64,000 nucleotides of DNA from a bacterium (GCA_030648055.1 JAUSHI010000009.1:112769-176768), one strand, 5' to 3'; positions 33,403 through 43,494 are shown, counted from the stretch's first letter. The notes: a model not told the origin generated them from the sequence alone. Numbers and translations: made by a program.

Positions 33403-34914
33403 ATGGAATATGAAACGGTAATTGGTTTAGAGATACATTCGGAACTTAAGACGCGGACAAAAATGTTTTGCGATTCCTTGAATGACCCGAACGAGAAGCA
33501 TCCGAACATCAACATCTGCCCCGTATGCATGGGCCATCCGGGAACTCTGCCCGTGGCAAATAGGGAAGCGATTGAAAGCGTTATTAAAGTTGGCTTAGCG
33601 CTTAACGGCTCAATCCCACCCTATTCGCAGTTTGACCGCAAGAATTATTTTTATCCCGACCTTCCTAAGGGTTACCAGATTTCGCAATATCAGCACCCTT
33701 TGGTAAGGGGCGGTTTTTTAGAGATAACAAAAAAAGACGGGACGGTTAAGAAAATCAGAATAACAAGAATTCATTTGGAAGAAGACGCCGGTCGTTTGAT
33801 TCACGATGAAAAAAAAGGTACTTCGTTGGTTGATTTTAATAGGGCTGGAATTCCGCTGATGGAGCTTGTAACTGAGCCGGATTTGCGGGATGCCGAAGAG
33901 GCGCGGCTTTTTGCCGAGGAGTTTCGCGCGATTTTGCGGTTTTTGGGCGCATCAGACGCTGATATGGAAAAAGGGCAAATGCGTATTGAGGCCAATGTTT
34001 CTATAAGGCTAAAGGGTTCGGAAAAATTTGGTACAAAAGTGGAAGTAAAAAATATTAATTCTTTCAGGTTTGTGGGTGACGCGATTGCCTATGAGATAGA
34101 ACGCCAAAAGAAAGTTTTGAATGGGGGTGAGAACGTTGTTCAGGAAACGCGCGGATGGGATGAGAAGAAAAACGTGACGGTTTCCCAGCGTCTTAAAGAA
34201 GAGGCTCATGATTATCGTTATTTCCCGGAGCCGGATTTGCCCCCGTTGAATATCACCCAGGAATTGGTTGATACTCTTGCTGTTCGCGTCCCAGAGCTTC
34301 CACAGAAGAAGTTGGAGCGTTTTCAGAAAGAGTATGGCATGGGGCAGGAAGCGGCAAGAATGATTGCTTACGACAAAGATATGGCAGCTTATTTTGAGCA
34401 GGCCGCCTCCGAAGTTGTAAGTTGGTGCGCGGATTCGGCGGACGCGAAAACCCTAAAGGGCGAGCCTCGGGCTATAGCCTGCAATCAGTTCGAGCTTTTG
34501 AAGACACTTTCAAATTATATGACCACGAGCTTACAGGCCCTTATCGCCGAGGCGAGCGCGTCAATCAGTGAAATTCTTATTACTCCGGAAAATTTAGCCG
34601 AGCTTGTTACTTATGTTGCCTTAGGCAAGCTTTCACAGCCGGCGGCAAAAGAGGTTTTGAAAATAATGTTTCAAACGGGCGCCGACCCCTCGGTTGTAGC
34701 TGATGAAAAAAATCTTTGGCAGGTTTCTGATACAGGGGAGCTTGATGGCATTGTTTCCAAAGTAATTGCCGGAAATGAAAAAACGGTTGCAGAAATTAAA
34801 GCCGGCAAAACAGAGGCCGTGCAATTTATCGTGGGCCAGGTTATGAAAGAATCCAAAGGCAATGCTAATCCTGGTGTCGTGCAGGAATTAATTAAGAAAC
34901 ATCTTTTGCAATGA
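33403..34914 (+). CDS. gatB: Asp/Glu-tRNA amidotransferase subunit B
   Basis: 503 aa. MEYETVIGLEIHSELKT, FDRKNYFYPDLPKGYQISQ, C-terminal YqeY-like tail. Confidence 0.96.
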   Translation: MEYETVIGLEIHSELKTRTKMFCDSLNDPNEKHPNINICPVCMGHPGTLPVANREAIESVIKVGLALNGSIPPYSQFDRKNYFYPDLPKGYQISQYQHPLVRGGFLEITKKDGTVKKIRITRIHLEEDAGRLIHDEKKGTSLVDFNRAGIPLMELVTEPDLRDAEEARLFAEEFRAILRFLGASDADMEKGQMRIEANVSIRLKGSEKFGTKVEVKNINSFRFVGDAIAYEIERQKKVLNGGENVVQETRGWDEKKNVTVSQRLKEEAHDYRYFPEPDLPPLNITQELVDTLAVRVPELPQKKLERFQKEYGMGQEAARMIAYDKDMAAYFEQAASEVVSWCADSADAKTLKGEPRAIACNQFELLKTLSNYMTTSLQALIAEASASISEILITPENLAELVTYVALGKLSQPAAKEVLKIMFQTGADPSVVADEKNLWQVSDTGELDGIVSKVIAGNEKTVAEIKAGKTEAVQFIVGQVMKESKGNANPGVVQELIKKHLLQ

Positions 34915-35168
34915 TTCGCGTAAGAAAAAGAACACTTCGCGTTGTAGAGTTTTTAATTGTTGGAGTGCTGTTCGGATTGATTGAAGACATACTTGCGGTT
35001 GAGGCCGTCGCGCACATACAGATAACGCCGAGGGTAATTCTTATTATTCTTGCTGTTGCCGTTCCATTCGCGGTTTTAAGCGAACTTATAGTTGACCACC
35101 CCCGGTTTTGGGAACTGCTTCGGTTTAAGCGGGTGGATAAAGACGGCGACCCTTCAACACCTATTTAA
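34911..35168 (+). CDS. Hypothetical small 2-TM protein
   Basis: ATGA overlap with the gatB stop. 85 aa. Confidence 0.45.
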   Translation: MIRVRKRTLRVVEFLIVGVLFGLIEDILAVEAVAHIQITPRVILIILAVAVPFAVLSELIVDHPRFWELLRFKRVDKDGDPSTPI

Positions 35169-35172
35169 TTTC

Positions 35173-35243
35173 GCGGGATTGGTTTAGTGGGAGAACGCGA
35201 CCTTCCCAAGGTTGAGACACGGGTTCGATTCCCGTATCCCGCA
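35173..35243 (+). tRNA. tRNA-Gly (anticodon CCC)
   Basis: GCGGGAT acceptor pairs with ATCCCGC. Anticodon loop TTCCCAA. T arm ACGGG-TTCGATT-CCCGT. CCA not encoded. Confidence 0.9.
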
Positions 35244-35293
35244 TTTATATGAGAAGGGATGGGTGTTTATTCTCGTCTTTGTTTTAATTGGTA

Positions 35294-35926
35294 ATGAAAA
35301 CAGCATCAATAAAAACTGAAGCAGTTCGTCTGACGGCATTGGCCTATCTTGTCGGATTTATCGCATGGAATTATTTTTTAAGCCACTTCGGATTTTTTGA
35401 ATATAACCTTTTGCAGACGAGATTTGTATCTGCGGGAGTGCTTTTTATATCTCCGGTTGTTCTTTGTCTTGTTTTATATAAATTTTTTCAGATTGAGGTA
35501 GATTTTAAAATTTATGAAGTTGCCGCTCTTTTACTTGTGTATTTCTTTGTTTTTGTAATATTAGAATTCCCGTTGATGCCTCAATATTTTGGTGGCGCCC
35601 GTCCATTTGCAACTTCATTGATTGGAACGAAGGAACAAATTAAATATTTGAGAAATTTTGGTATTCAATCAGAAAAGAATGTGGAGGGGGAAGAATCTAT
35701 ACAGACAAAGCCCGTGTGTCAAATTTACCAAAATAATGAATTTATTATAGTTGGGGTTGCAATGCCAGAGGGTGATATTACAAAAGACGCTCCTTTAACT
35801 TTACGCGTGCGCGGCGGAGCGCTTATTCTTAAACAAAATCAAGTGTCTGGTTTCAACTCCATCGATACGCAACTTGCTAAAGGGGCAGATATTTTATGCG
35901 CCCCGTTCCTTCACTTCAAATTTTAA
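35294..35926 (+). CDS. Hypothetical membrane protein
   Basis: 210 aa with an N-terminal multi-TM region. No motif recognised. Confidence 0.5.
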   Translation: MKTASIKTEAVRLTALAYLVGFIAWNYFLSHFGFFEYNLLQTRFVSAGVLFISPVVLCLVLYKFFQIEVDFKIYEVAALLLVYFFVFVILEFPLMPQYFGGARPFATSLIGTKEQIKYLRNFGIQSEKNVEGEESIQTKPVCQIYQNNEFIIVGVAMPEGDITKDAPLTLRVRGGALILKQNQVSGFNSIDTQLAKGADILCAPFLHFKF

Positions 35927-35965
35927 TGGCGGTGGACGATCCCCGCTGCTCGCATTAAACACAAA

Positions 35966-35988
35966 ACCCGCCATCGGGCGGGGTTTTT
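35966..35988 (+). terminator. Rho-independent terminator
   Basis: CCCGCC-atcg-GGCGGG followed by G and TTTTT. Confidence 0.65.
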
Positions 35989-35989
35989 G

Positions 35990-36496
35990 TTGTTCTTTGT
36001 TTCTATAAGCCGAATCCTGTCCTCTGCCTTACGGCAAAGGGGTGATTATCTGTCTAGGCCCGGAATTGCTTCGCGGGCTCAAGCGGGTATTCCCTATAAA
36101 AAATACTTGGGATCCCCTTGCACCAGGTAGGAGTTTTTCTTATCCCGCCAGTCGCCTGCCGGAACTGTGGGCTCTTACCCCACTCTTTTCACCTTTGACC
36201 TCCTTCGCATTGAAAACCTTTAGAGTTTTCGTAACGACGATCGGTAGTATTGTCTCTGTGACACTGTCCCGTTCTCCCTCCCCAATTTTGCACCCGAGTT
36301 ATTCAGTCGAATCAATCGCGATAAGCAAAATCATTCTTTACTGTCTATTTATCTCTGATGCAAAACTGGAGAGGGATATGGTGGCTGTTAGCCACTACCA
36401 CTTTTTTCCAGCTTAACGCTGGAAGGTGTTCGGACTTTCCTCACCAAGCACATAAAAAGTTATGTGCTTGGCGCAATCACCCGAAACAAAGAACAA
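35990..36496 (-). ncRNA. rnpB: RNase P RNA (bacterial type), unusually long at ~507 nt
   Basis: Minus strand carries GAGGAAAGTCCGAAC (CR-I/P4) and GACAGGATTCGGCTTATAG (CR-V/P4). P1 is TTGTTCTTTGTTTC/GAAACAAAGAACAA. Its own TTGCTT-17-TATACT promoter lies just upstream. Confidence 0.85.
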
Positions 36497-36500
36497 AATG

Positions 36501-36529
36501 AGTATAGCATAAGGATTAGGAAAAAGCAA
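36501..36529 (-). promoter_or_regulatory. Promoter of rnpB (TTGCTT-17-TATACT on the minus strand)
   Basis: The -10 ends ~5-7 nt before the predicted P1 5' end at 36496. Confidence 0.6.
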
Positions 36530-36588
36530 GGATATACGGCAAAACCCCGCTTTTTAGCGGGATTTTGCATAGAACAAGAATAGTTTAT

Positions 36589-37239
36589 TTATTTGTGAAA
36601 ACCAAGGTCGGCCGGATTATCTTCGCCTGAAACATGCTGTATTTTCCCTCCAGTTTTTTCAAATTTTTTCCTTAGCTTAGTCACGGCAAGCGCCAGATCA
36701 ATAGTTTCCTGCGGCAGAACATTTTTTACGGTCGGCATGGATGGAATTATCGGAGTCGCTACTCCTTTTACGATTCCATTTGACCAATAATCTATGACCA
36801 GCTTGCTGTCTCCAAAAATTTTTTTAACACCGTGTTTCATGGCAATCTCCAGCGCGTATTTGCACGCCATCAGTTCGCCGAAATTGTTTGTTGCGTTTCC
36901 GCGTATAAGATGTTTGCCATGTTTGTTTATCTCTATTTTCGGAAGAACTTTGCTTAACAAATTTTTGCCGTTTTCGTCGGTCACGCTGACTTCAACTCCT
37001 GCTCCGCGTCCGGTTCCCGCGTCAAAATAAATTCCGGCTGTAAGCCACGGTTTTTGTATTTTAACGCCGTAGTCGGCTCCTCGCTTAAGCCACTCCTCGG
37101 CCTCCGCCGTCGTTTTGAAGCCTTTGAACTTCGCGTCTTTTTCGCCTTTGATAATTTTTTCGCATTCTTTCCATTCATCAGTTATCCCAGTCTTATCGGT
37201 GCGCGGTATAAAATAGGCGTAATATTTTTTTGTTGCCAT
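36589..37239 (-). CDS. rnhA: Ribonuclease HI with an N-terminal hybrid-binding (viroplasmin-like) domain
   Basis: KKYYAYFIPRTDKTGITDEWKECEKIIKG..FKGFKTTAEAEEWL is the HBD. Then DAGTG.., NNFGELMA, GDSKLVI, NPAD catalytic pattern. Confidence 0.85.
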   Translation of the reverse strand: MATKKYYAYFIPRTDKTGITDEWKECEKIIKGEKDAKFKGFKTTAEAEEWLKRGADYGVKIQKPWLTAGIYFDAGTGRGAGVEVSVTDENGKNLLSKVLPKIEINKHGKHLIRGNATNNFGELMACKYALEIAMKHGVKKIFGDSKLVIDYWSNGIVKGVATPIIPSMPTVKNVLPQETIDLALAVTKLRKKFEKTGGKIQHVSGEDNPADLGFHK

Positions 37240-37250
37240 AAAAGATAAAT

Positions 37251-38957
37251 TTAATAAGAATCAATCGCGAGTTTAGCGTCCACTACACGCAATTCAATGT
37301 TTTGTACTCCATTCCATGTATTTTTTTGAAGCTCCGCGGCCACATCAACCGTATCGCCAGTTTTAAAATTGTTTTCCCCCGCTTTGAAATATATCGCGCC
37401 AAGATAACGAGGGCCGAGTTTCATTTTGAGATGAGCACCGTCGGCACCCACTTTGCGAAGGTCGGCAATTTTGGCGTTCCGGATTATAAAAAGCGGTCGG
37501 GGATTTCCCTGGCCGAACGGTTCAAGCGTTTTAACAAGTTCGTAAGTGATTTCACCCACTTCATCAAGTGAAAGCTCGGCGTCGGCATCAATGGCGGGTT
37601 TTTGTGTTTTTTCTATTTCGTTTCCGGCAAGTTCCAGTTTTTCTTTGAGCATCGGCAAGTGTTCGGGTATCGTCGAAAAGCCACCGGCAAGTGTATGCCC
37701 GCCGAAATCCGAGAAAAATTCTCCGGTTTTAGACATAAGTTCCATTACATTCGTCCCCGTCGGCGCGCGGCAGGAACCTTTCACAAGTTCGCTATTCATC
37801 GCGTAGAGGAACACCGGGCGTTGGTAGGCTTCAACCAGGCGCGTTGCGGCGAGGCCCAGCACTCCAGCGGGCCACTCGGATGAGCCTTCAAAAATTATTG
37901 ATGCGGGTTTTGCCGCGGCAAGTTTGGTGGTGAGGTCATTAAGTATGTCTTCCACAACCCTTTTTCTTTCTTCGTTTTTTTCTTCTAAACGGCCGGCCAG
38001 CCACCTCGCTTCTTCTTCGTTCTCGGTTGTTAAGAGATTGAAAGCGGTATCGGCGTGGTCCATACGACTGGCGGCGTTTATCCGCGGGGCAATAAAATGC
38101 GATATTGTTTCAACGTCGGCGTTGACGGGATTGTCGCCTCTTAAACGAAATAATTCGCGAAGGCCTGGGTGTTTGGTTTTGCGGAGAACCATAAGCCCGT
38201 ATTTTACCAGCGCTCTGTTTTCTCCTGTGAGTGGTACCATGTCGGCAACTGCGGCGATGGCAACGATATCAAGGAGCCATTTTTCCCATCCGGCCGGAAC
38301 ATTGAATTTTCCCGACCCAATGAGCGCCTGCACCATTTTAAAAGAAAGGCCGGCTCCGGAAAGTACGCGCTCCGGATATGTTTCGTCTGGGTGTTTGTGG
38401 TCAATTATAGCAAAAGCATTTGGCCATTTCGGCGGCACGACGTGGTGGTCAAGAACGATTACGTCCATGCCGATTGAATTCGCAAGCTCAATTTCGTCGT
38501 AATCGGTTACTCCGCAGTCAATAGTAATCAAAACTTTTGTTCCTGTTTCGTGAAAGTCCCGGATTTTTTGGAGAGACATGCCGAAGCCTTCGCGGTTGCG
38601 GTCGGGGATAAAGACATCGTGATTGGCGTTAACAAGTTTGAGAAATTTGCACATTACCGCGGCTCCGCATACGCCGTCGGCGTCATAGTCGCCGAAAACG
38701 GTGATTTTTTCTCCGCTGGCGATGGCTTTTTCAATTCGTTCCGAGGCTTGCTTCATGTGACGGAAAAGAAAAGGCGAATGGACATGTTTTTGATAATCGG
38801 GATTTAAAAAATCTTCGATTATAGCGGATTCGGTTATGTTTCTGTTCCAAAGCAGTTGGCGGGTGAGTATCGGAAGATGTGAAAATTTTTTCGCAAAACT
38901 TTCGGGGGGGACCGGCTTAACGCTCCAATGTTTTTGTTGGGGCTTTGTTTTTGTCAT
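37251..38957 (-). CDS. recJ: Single-stranded-DNA-specific exonuclease RecJ
   Basis: 568 aa. DHH motifs VFGDYDADGVCG, ITIDCG, LDHH, and a DHHA1 region. Confidence 0.93.
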   Translation of the reverse strand: MTKTKPQQKHWSVKPVPPESFAKKFSHLPILTRQLLWNRNITESAIIEDFLNPDYQKHVHSPFLFRHMKQASERIEKAIASGEKITVFGDYDADGVCGAAVMCKFLKLVNANHDVFIPDRNREGFGMSLQKIRDFHETGTKVLITIDCGVTDYDEIELANSIGMDVIVLDHHVVPPKWPNAFAIIDHKHPDETYPERVLSGAGLSFKMVQALIGSGKFNVPAGWEKWLLDIVAIAAVADMVPLTGENRALVKYGLMVLRKTKHPGLRELFRLRGDNPVNADVETISHFIAPRINAASRMDHADTAFNLLTTENEEEARWLAGRLEEKNEERKRVVEDILNDLTTKLAAAKPASIIFEGSSEWPAGVLGLAATRLVEAYQRPVFLYAMNSELVKGSCRAPTGTNVMELMSKTGEFFSDFGGHTLAGGFSTIPEHLPMLKEKLELAGNEIEKTQKPAIDADAELSLDEVGEITYELVKTLEPFGQGNPRPLFIIRNAKIADLRKVGADGAHLKMKLGPRYLGAIYFKAGENNFKTGDTVDVAAELQKNTWNGVQNIELRVVDAKLAIDSY

Positions 38958-40120
38958 TTGCCTGCTTTTTTTAGCGCGTCTATCGCTGGCAATTTGTTGC
39001 CGGAAATTAATGTCATAGTTGAGCCGCCGCCGGTTGCTATATGGTTTATGCCTTTTAGCAGACGGCGTTTTTTAAGAAAAGCCACAAGGTCGCCTCCACC
39101 CACGACTTTATATGCTTTTATTCGCCTAAGCACTTTTGCTATTTCCGCGGTTCCGTTGCTGAACTCTTTTCTCTCAATCAGGCCTAACGGACCGTTCCAT
39201 AATATTGTTTTGGCGCTTTTCAGTTCTTTGGCGAACAGGCGGATAGTTTGTTTGCCGGCGTCAAGAATAAAATCATTTTTTCCGATTTTGCTGATGGTTT
39301 TTTTCGAGATATTGCGCGAATTAGGGCTCTCAGCGACTATCGCGTCGGTTGGCAGGATAAGTTTTTTGTTTTTCGCGATGCGCCGCACGGCGGGCATGGT
39401 TTTTTGTTCAAAAGGGGATTTGCCTATTTTGAAACCTTTAATTTTAAGTGCAGTGTTGGCAAGCGCCCCGCCAAGAAGTACGCGGTCGGCCCGCTTCGCA
39501 AGATTTTCTATGAGCTTGAGTTTTGTTGAAATTTTTGCACCCCCCATAATAACTACAAAAGGTTTTTTGGGGTGGTGCATTAGGGGCGACAGAGCTGAAA
39601 TTTCTTTTTTGATAAGCGGGCCTCCATAAGAAGGGAGGAAGCGCGGGAGCCCGATCATGGTCGCGTATGGGCGGTGAATCTCGCCGAAAGCGTCTTGTAC
39701 GAATACTTCGCCTAAGCGCGAAAGTTTTTTTGCAAACACGGCGTCGTTTTTTTCCTCTCCTTTCCAGAATCTAACATTTTCAATTAAAAAAATACTGCAT
39801 AGCGGAGTCCGGCGGATGGTATTAACTGATGCATTGGAGAAGGGGTTCGTAATTAGCACCACCTTTTTACCAAGAAGCCGGCTAAGGCGTCGCGCTACGG
39901 GCCGGGCCGATAGGGCGGGTACTATTTTTCCGCCGGGCTTGCCGATATGTGTCAGAAGAATTATCGTATTTTTGTTTTTAAGTAAACCGCGGATTGTTGG
40001 CAGATGAGCGCGAATTCTAAAATCATCAAGTATGCGCCCCTTATTAAGCGGAACATTAAAATCAACGCGTACAAGTACGCGTTTTTTTCTTGGTGGTGCT
40101 TCATCAATCCAGCGAATCAT
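38954..40120 (-). CDS. pgk: Phosphoglycerate kinase
   Basis: 388 aa. RVDFNVPL, VVIMGGAKISTK, STGGG motifs. 4-nt overlap with recJ. Confidence 0.95.
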   Translation of the reverse strand: MIRWIDEAPPRKKRVLVRVDFNVPLNKGRILDDFRIRAHLPTIRGLLKNKNTIILLTHIGKPGGKIVPALSARPVARRLSRLLGKKVVLITNPFSNASVNTIRRTPLCSIFLIENVRFWKGEEKNDAVFAKKLSRLGEVFVQDAFGEIHRPYATMIGLPRFLPSYGGPLIKKEISALSPLMHHPKKPFVVIMGGAKISTKLKLIENLAKRADRVLLGGALANTALKIKGFKIGKSPFEQKTMPAVRRIAKNKKLILPTDAIVAESPNSRNISKKTISKIGKNDFILDAGKQTIRLFAKELKSAKTILWNGPLGLIERKEFSNGTAEIAKVLRRIKAYKVVGGGDLVAFLKKRRLLKGINHIATGGGSTMTLISGNKLPAIDALKKAGK

Positions 40121-40170
40121 GGTGATTTCAGTATAGCAGATTTCCTTGATTTTTGTAGTATAATTGGAGC

Positions 40171-41424
40171 ATGGGAAAAGTAGACGGGATAAAAAATATT
40201 GTTGTTATTGGCGCCGGCTTCGGCGGTCTTACCGCAACTTTGAAATTATCCGAAGCGATCAAAAGGAAAGGGCTTGGCAAAAACTGCCGCGTTCTTTTGT
40301 TTAACAAGACTTCTTACCAAGTTTACACCCCCGCGCTTTATGAAATTGCCGCTGTTCCGAGAGGTGAGGCAAGCGCGGTGTGCCTGAAAACCTCCATTTG
40401 TATTGACTTGGAGGATGTCGCTTCCCGCGAGGGCTTTCAGTTTATAGGCGGAGAGGTTGTGAGCGTTGACCCTGCAAAAAAATTAATTACTTTAGCAAGC
40501 GGCGAGACCCAGGCCTTTGACTATCTGGTAGTAGCACTTGGCACGGAGACGAACTTCTTCAATATACTGGGTTCCAAGGAACATTCACTACCGTTAAAAA
40601 CTTTTGAGGATGCGATTCGGTTAAGAAACAAGACCGAGAAGGCAGTTCTCTCGGGAGTGAGTCCGATACATGTTGTGATAGGTGGAGGGGGAGCTACCGG
40701 CGTGGAGCTTGCCGCTGAATTTGAAAACTTCGTGTGTTATTTGAAAGAGAAGTTACTGCCCGCCAAAAGGGTCTGCGACGTTGATATCACTTTGGTTGAG
40801 GGCGCTTTAGACATTCTTCCGGGTTTTGAGCCGTGGCTTGTAAAGAAGGCACGGAAGAAATTGGAAGTGCTTGGCGTTAAAATTCTTGCGGGAAAGATCG
40901 TTGCGGGAGTTGACGAAAGAATAGTCACTTTTAAAGACGGCGCGGCTCTTCCGTATCACATTTTTGTCTGGGCAGGAGGCGTTATGCCGGCGGGGGCAAT
41001 TAAAAATTTTGGCCTACCTCTTTCACAAAAAGGCAGAGTTATAGTGAACGAATATTTAGAGGCCGTACACCATTATATTTTTGCGGTTGGAGATAATGCT
41101 GAATTTGCCGGAAAGGACGGCAAGCCGCTTCCAGGAAATGTTCCGGTGGCCGAAGCTGAAGCAAGAGTTGCGGCAAAAAACATCATCGCCGATATTCAAG
41201 GCCGGCCACATCAGGAATTTTTTCCCATGAAAAAATATCCGTACATTCTTGCTGTTGGCCGGAAATACGCGATAGCTGATCTTGTATTTTTCCATTTTTC
41301 TGGTTTTTGGGGCTGGTGCGCGAAACAGCTTATAGAACTCCGCTATTTGGTTTTTGTTCTCGGGTTCAGGAAGGCGCTTAGTATGTGGTGGAGGAGCGTG
41401 AAGTATCAGATGTCCAATGATTAA
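40171..41424 (+). CDS. ndh: Type II NADH dehydrogenase-like FAD/NAD(P) oxidoreductase
   Basis: IVVIGAGFGGL and VVIGGGGATGVELA dinucleotide-binding motifs. C-terminal membrane-anchor-like tail. Confidence 0.85.
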   Translation: MGKVDGIKNIVVIGAGFGGLTATLKLSEAIKRKGLGKNCRVLLFNKTSYQVYTPALYEIAAVPRGEASAVCLKTSICIDLEDVASREGFQFIGGEVVSVDPAKKLITLASGETQAFDYLVVALGTETNFFNILGSKEHSLPLKTFEDAIRLRNKTEKAVLSGVSPIHVVIGGGGATGVELAAEFENFVCYLKEKLLPAKRVCDVDITLVEGALDILPGFEPWLVKKARKKLEVLGVKILAGKIVAGVDERIVTFKDGAALPYHIFVWAGGVMPAGAIKNFGLPLSQKGRVIVNEYLEAVHHYIFAVGDNAEFAGKDGKPLPGNVPVAEAEARVAAKNIIADIQGRPHQEFFPMKKYPYILAVGRKYAIADLVFFHFSGFWGWCAKQLIELRYLVFVLGFRKALSMWWRSVKYQMSND

Positions 41425-41428
41425 AAAT

Positions 41429-41451
41429 TCCCGCAGTGTGCGGGATTTTTT
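41429..41451 (+). terminator. Rho-independent terminator after ndh
   Basis: TCCCGCA-gtg-TGCGGGA followed by TTTTTT. Confidence 0.7.
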
Positions 41452-41473
41452 AATTTGATTTGATGAAGAAGGT

Positions 41474-41510
41474 TTTATCCAAATAAAACCTATCGGCCGT
41501 ATTTGGATAT
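41474..41510 (+). repeat. Family H hairpin repeat, copy H2
   Basis: tttATCCAAATAaaacctatcggccgTATTTGGATat matches H1 (8011..8047) at 35 of 37 positions. Confidence 0.6.
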
Positions 41511-41586
41511 AAAAAATAGGGTTTGTTTTGCCTTTCTTGCGATTGTTCGCCTTGATTTTTCTTTACTTTTTTGATATAATTGCATC

Positions 41587-43494
41587 ATGGAACACGGTTT
41601 TCTCAAAGAAAAATATGGCCTCCACAAGAGCCAGGAGGTTGAGCGGGCAGCGGAACGTACAGAACAGCGCACAGGCGAAAAAGTGCCCCAAGACCCCGAA
41701 GCTCGCATTCAGAACTACCTTGACCGCTTGCAGAATATCATAAATCCCCCTAAATTAGAGGGTCATTCCGGCTTTGACAGGCGTGAACGAAACCTTGAAA
41801 TGATCAAGCGCGGTCTCTATAACAAATTCGTCATCAAGCCCGAAGATATCCCCGAACAATACTTTGATAACCAGCGCCGCCTCGCAAGAGAACAGGGCCA
41901 TGGCGACATTGAAATCACCCGAGAGACGCGCGACCAGTTTTCCGAAGTCATCGTTACCGATCAACGAAATTCGCTCAATAACTGGGTGGACTATCTTGCC
42001 TCTCCCGATGCCGCCTATCCCGATTGGCTGAAGTACTGGACGATCCGAAGCATGCTCGGCATTGGCGAATACGACAAAGAAAAGAAAGCGTTTGCTAAGC
42101 GGTCAAAAGGAACTACCAAACCGTTCCCCGACATCAACCGCGAGGCGCTCGCATATGTCCTTGATGCCGTTTCGCAAAAATACGGCAAGCGGCATATGGA
42201 ACTTCTGGCGCTCGACGAAGGAGAGAAAAAAGAATTCGAAAAACTCCTTCAAGGCGAGAATTTCGCGAAGCTATACGCCTGGGCGCTTGAGAAAACAGCC
42301 ATCGCGCCGACTGAATCCCTGGCGAAGACCGCCGGCAAGTGGGTGAAGTACTCCAGGGATTCCAACCGTTTACCGCTTGTCGAATCTCTCCGGGGCCACG
42401 GCACGGGCTGGTGCACGGCCGGAGAATCAACCGCCCAGATACAGCTCAAGGGAGGAGATTTTTACGTATACTATTCTTTTGATCAGAAAGGAGGGTCCAC
42501 CATACCGCGAGCCGCCATCCGCATGGAAGAAGACCGAATCGCCGAGGTGCGAGGCATCGGCGAACAACAGAATCTTGATTCCTACATTGCTCCGGTTGTT
42601 GAATCCAAGCTCAAGGAATTTTCTGATGGCGCCGCGTTTGAGAAGAAAACAGAAGACATGAAAATGCTCACGACGGTTGAACGGAAATCAAAAATAAACG
42701 AAACGCTAACCAAAGACGACCTCGTTTTTTTATACGAGATAAACGCGCCTATTGAGGGTTTCGGATACCAGCGAGACCCGAGAATCGCCGAATTGCGTTC
42801 ACAAAGGAACTCCGAGGAAGATATGGCGGTTGTTTTTGAGTGTGGCAAGGAGCAAATCGCGTATAATATTTTTGAAATTAAAGAAGGAACCATGGCTTAC
42901 GTCGGTCCGCTTGTCCCCGGCATTTTTGACAAAATCCAGAAATACGGCATTGAGCAAATATACACCTCCTTCCCCGCAGGCCGCATCCGCAAGGAAACTA
43001 TTGAAATCGGCGGCAAGAATGCCGCAACACTCATCAAGGAAATGCGTGATAAAATCAAGGAAATGCGTGATAAAAAAATCAACATCAGCGACTACGCGAT
43101 GGATATATTGAAAAGTAGAGAATTCACAACGCAGAAAGAAATAGAAGACGCCATACTTATCCGCCTCAAAGTCGGAGACCTGGGTTTCCCTAAAAACAAG
43201 TATCCGATAACGGACGAAATCTACAGGCGCATTGAAGAACTGGGATTGGAACTCTGCCCCGCGGAAATTGGGCCGCACTACCGTCTTAAATATTTGGATC
43301 AGCTGTTGGGCGAGTGGTTTCGGATTGGCATGAAGCAAATAACCGATCGCGTTGGCAGCCCGCGCGTCTTAAGCCTGGCACGGAGTGAGGACGGTTTGTG
43401 GCTGGACGACCTTTGGACGTATCCGGGCGATGAGTGGGCTCCCAGCCGTGGGTTTGTCTTTCGTCTCCGCAAGTTGAAAAACTTGGAAACTTAG
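41587..43494 (+). CDS. Large orphan protein (635 aa) carried on the ndh-3' insertion
   Basis: Long uninterrupted ORF with no motif recognised. Contains a perfect 2 x 21-bp in-frame tandem duplication at 43033..43074 (IKEMRDK twice). Confidence 0.7.
   Translation: MEHGFLKEKYGLHKSQEVERAAERTEQRTGEKVPQDPEARIQNYLDRLQNIINPPKLEGHSGFDRRERNLEMIKRGLYNKFVIKPEDIPEQYFDNQRRLAREQGHGDIEITRETRDQFSEVIVTDQRNSLNNWVDYLASPDAAYPDWLKYWTIRSMLGIGEYDKEKKAFAKRSKGTTKPFPDINREALAYVLDAVSQKYGKRHMELLALDEGEKKEFEKLLQGENFAKLYAWALEKTAIAPTESLAKTAGKWVKYSRDSNRLPLVESLRGHGTGWCTAGESTAQIQLKGGDFYVYYSFDQKGGSTIPRAAIRMEEDRIAEVRGIGEQQNLDSYIAPVVESKLKEFSDGAAFEKKTEDMKMLTTVERKSKINETLTKDDLVFLYEINAPIEGFGYQRDPRIAELRSQRNSEEDMAVVFECGKEQIAYNIFEIKEGTMAYVGPLVPGIFDKIQKYGIEQIYTSFPAGRIRKETIEIGGKNAATLIKEMRDKIKEMRDKKINISDYAMDILKSREFTTQKEIEDAILIRLKVGDLGFPKNKYPITDEIYRRIEELGLELCPAEIGPHYRLKYLDQLLGEWFRIGMKQITDRVGSPRVLSLARSEDGLWLDDLWTYPGDEWAPSRGFVFRLRKLKNLET

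Noticed and set aside
36042-36416. 124-aa plus-strand ORF in the track
   Set aside because: Lies entirely inside the minus-strand RNase P RNA gene (P4 strands and P1 identified). No RBS and low-complexity translation.
37924-39629. Plus-strand ORFs (192 and 233 aa) opposite recJ and pgk
   Set aside because: Shadow ORFs of strongly supported minus-strand genes. Ser/Phe-rich nonsense-like sequence.
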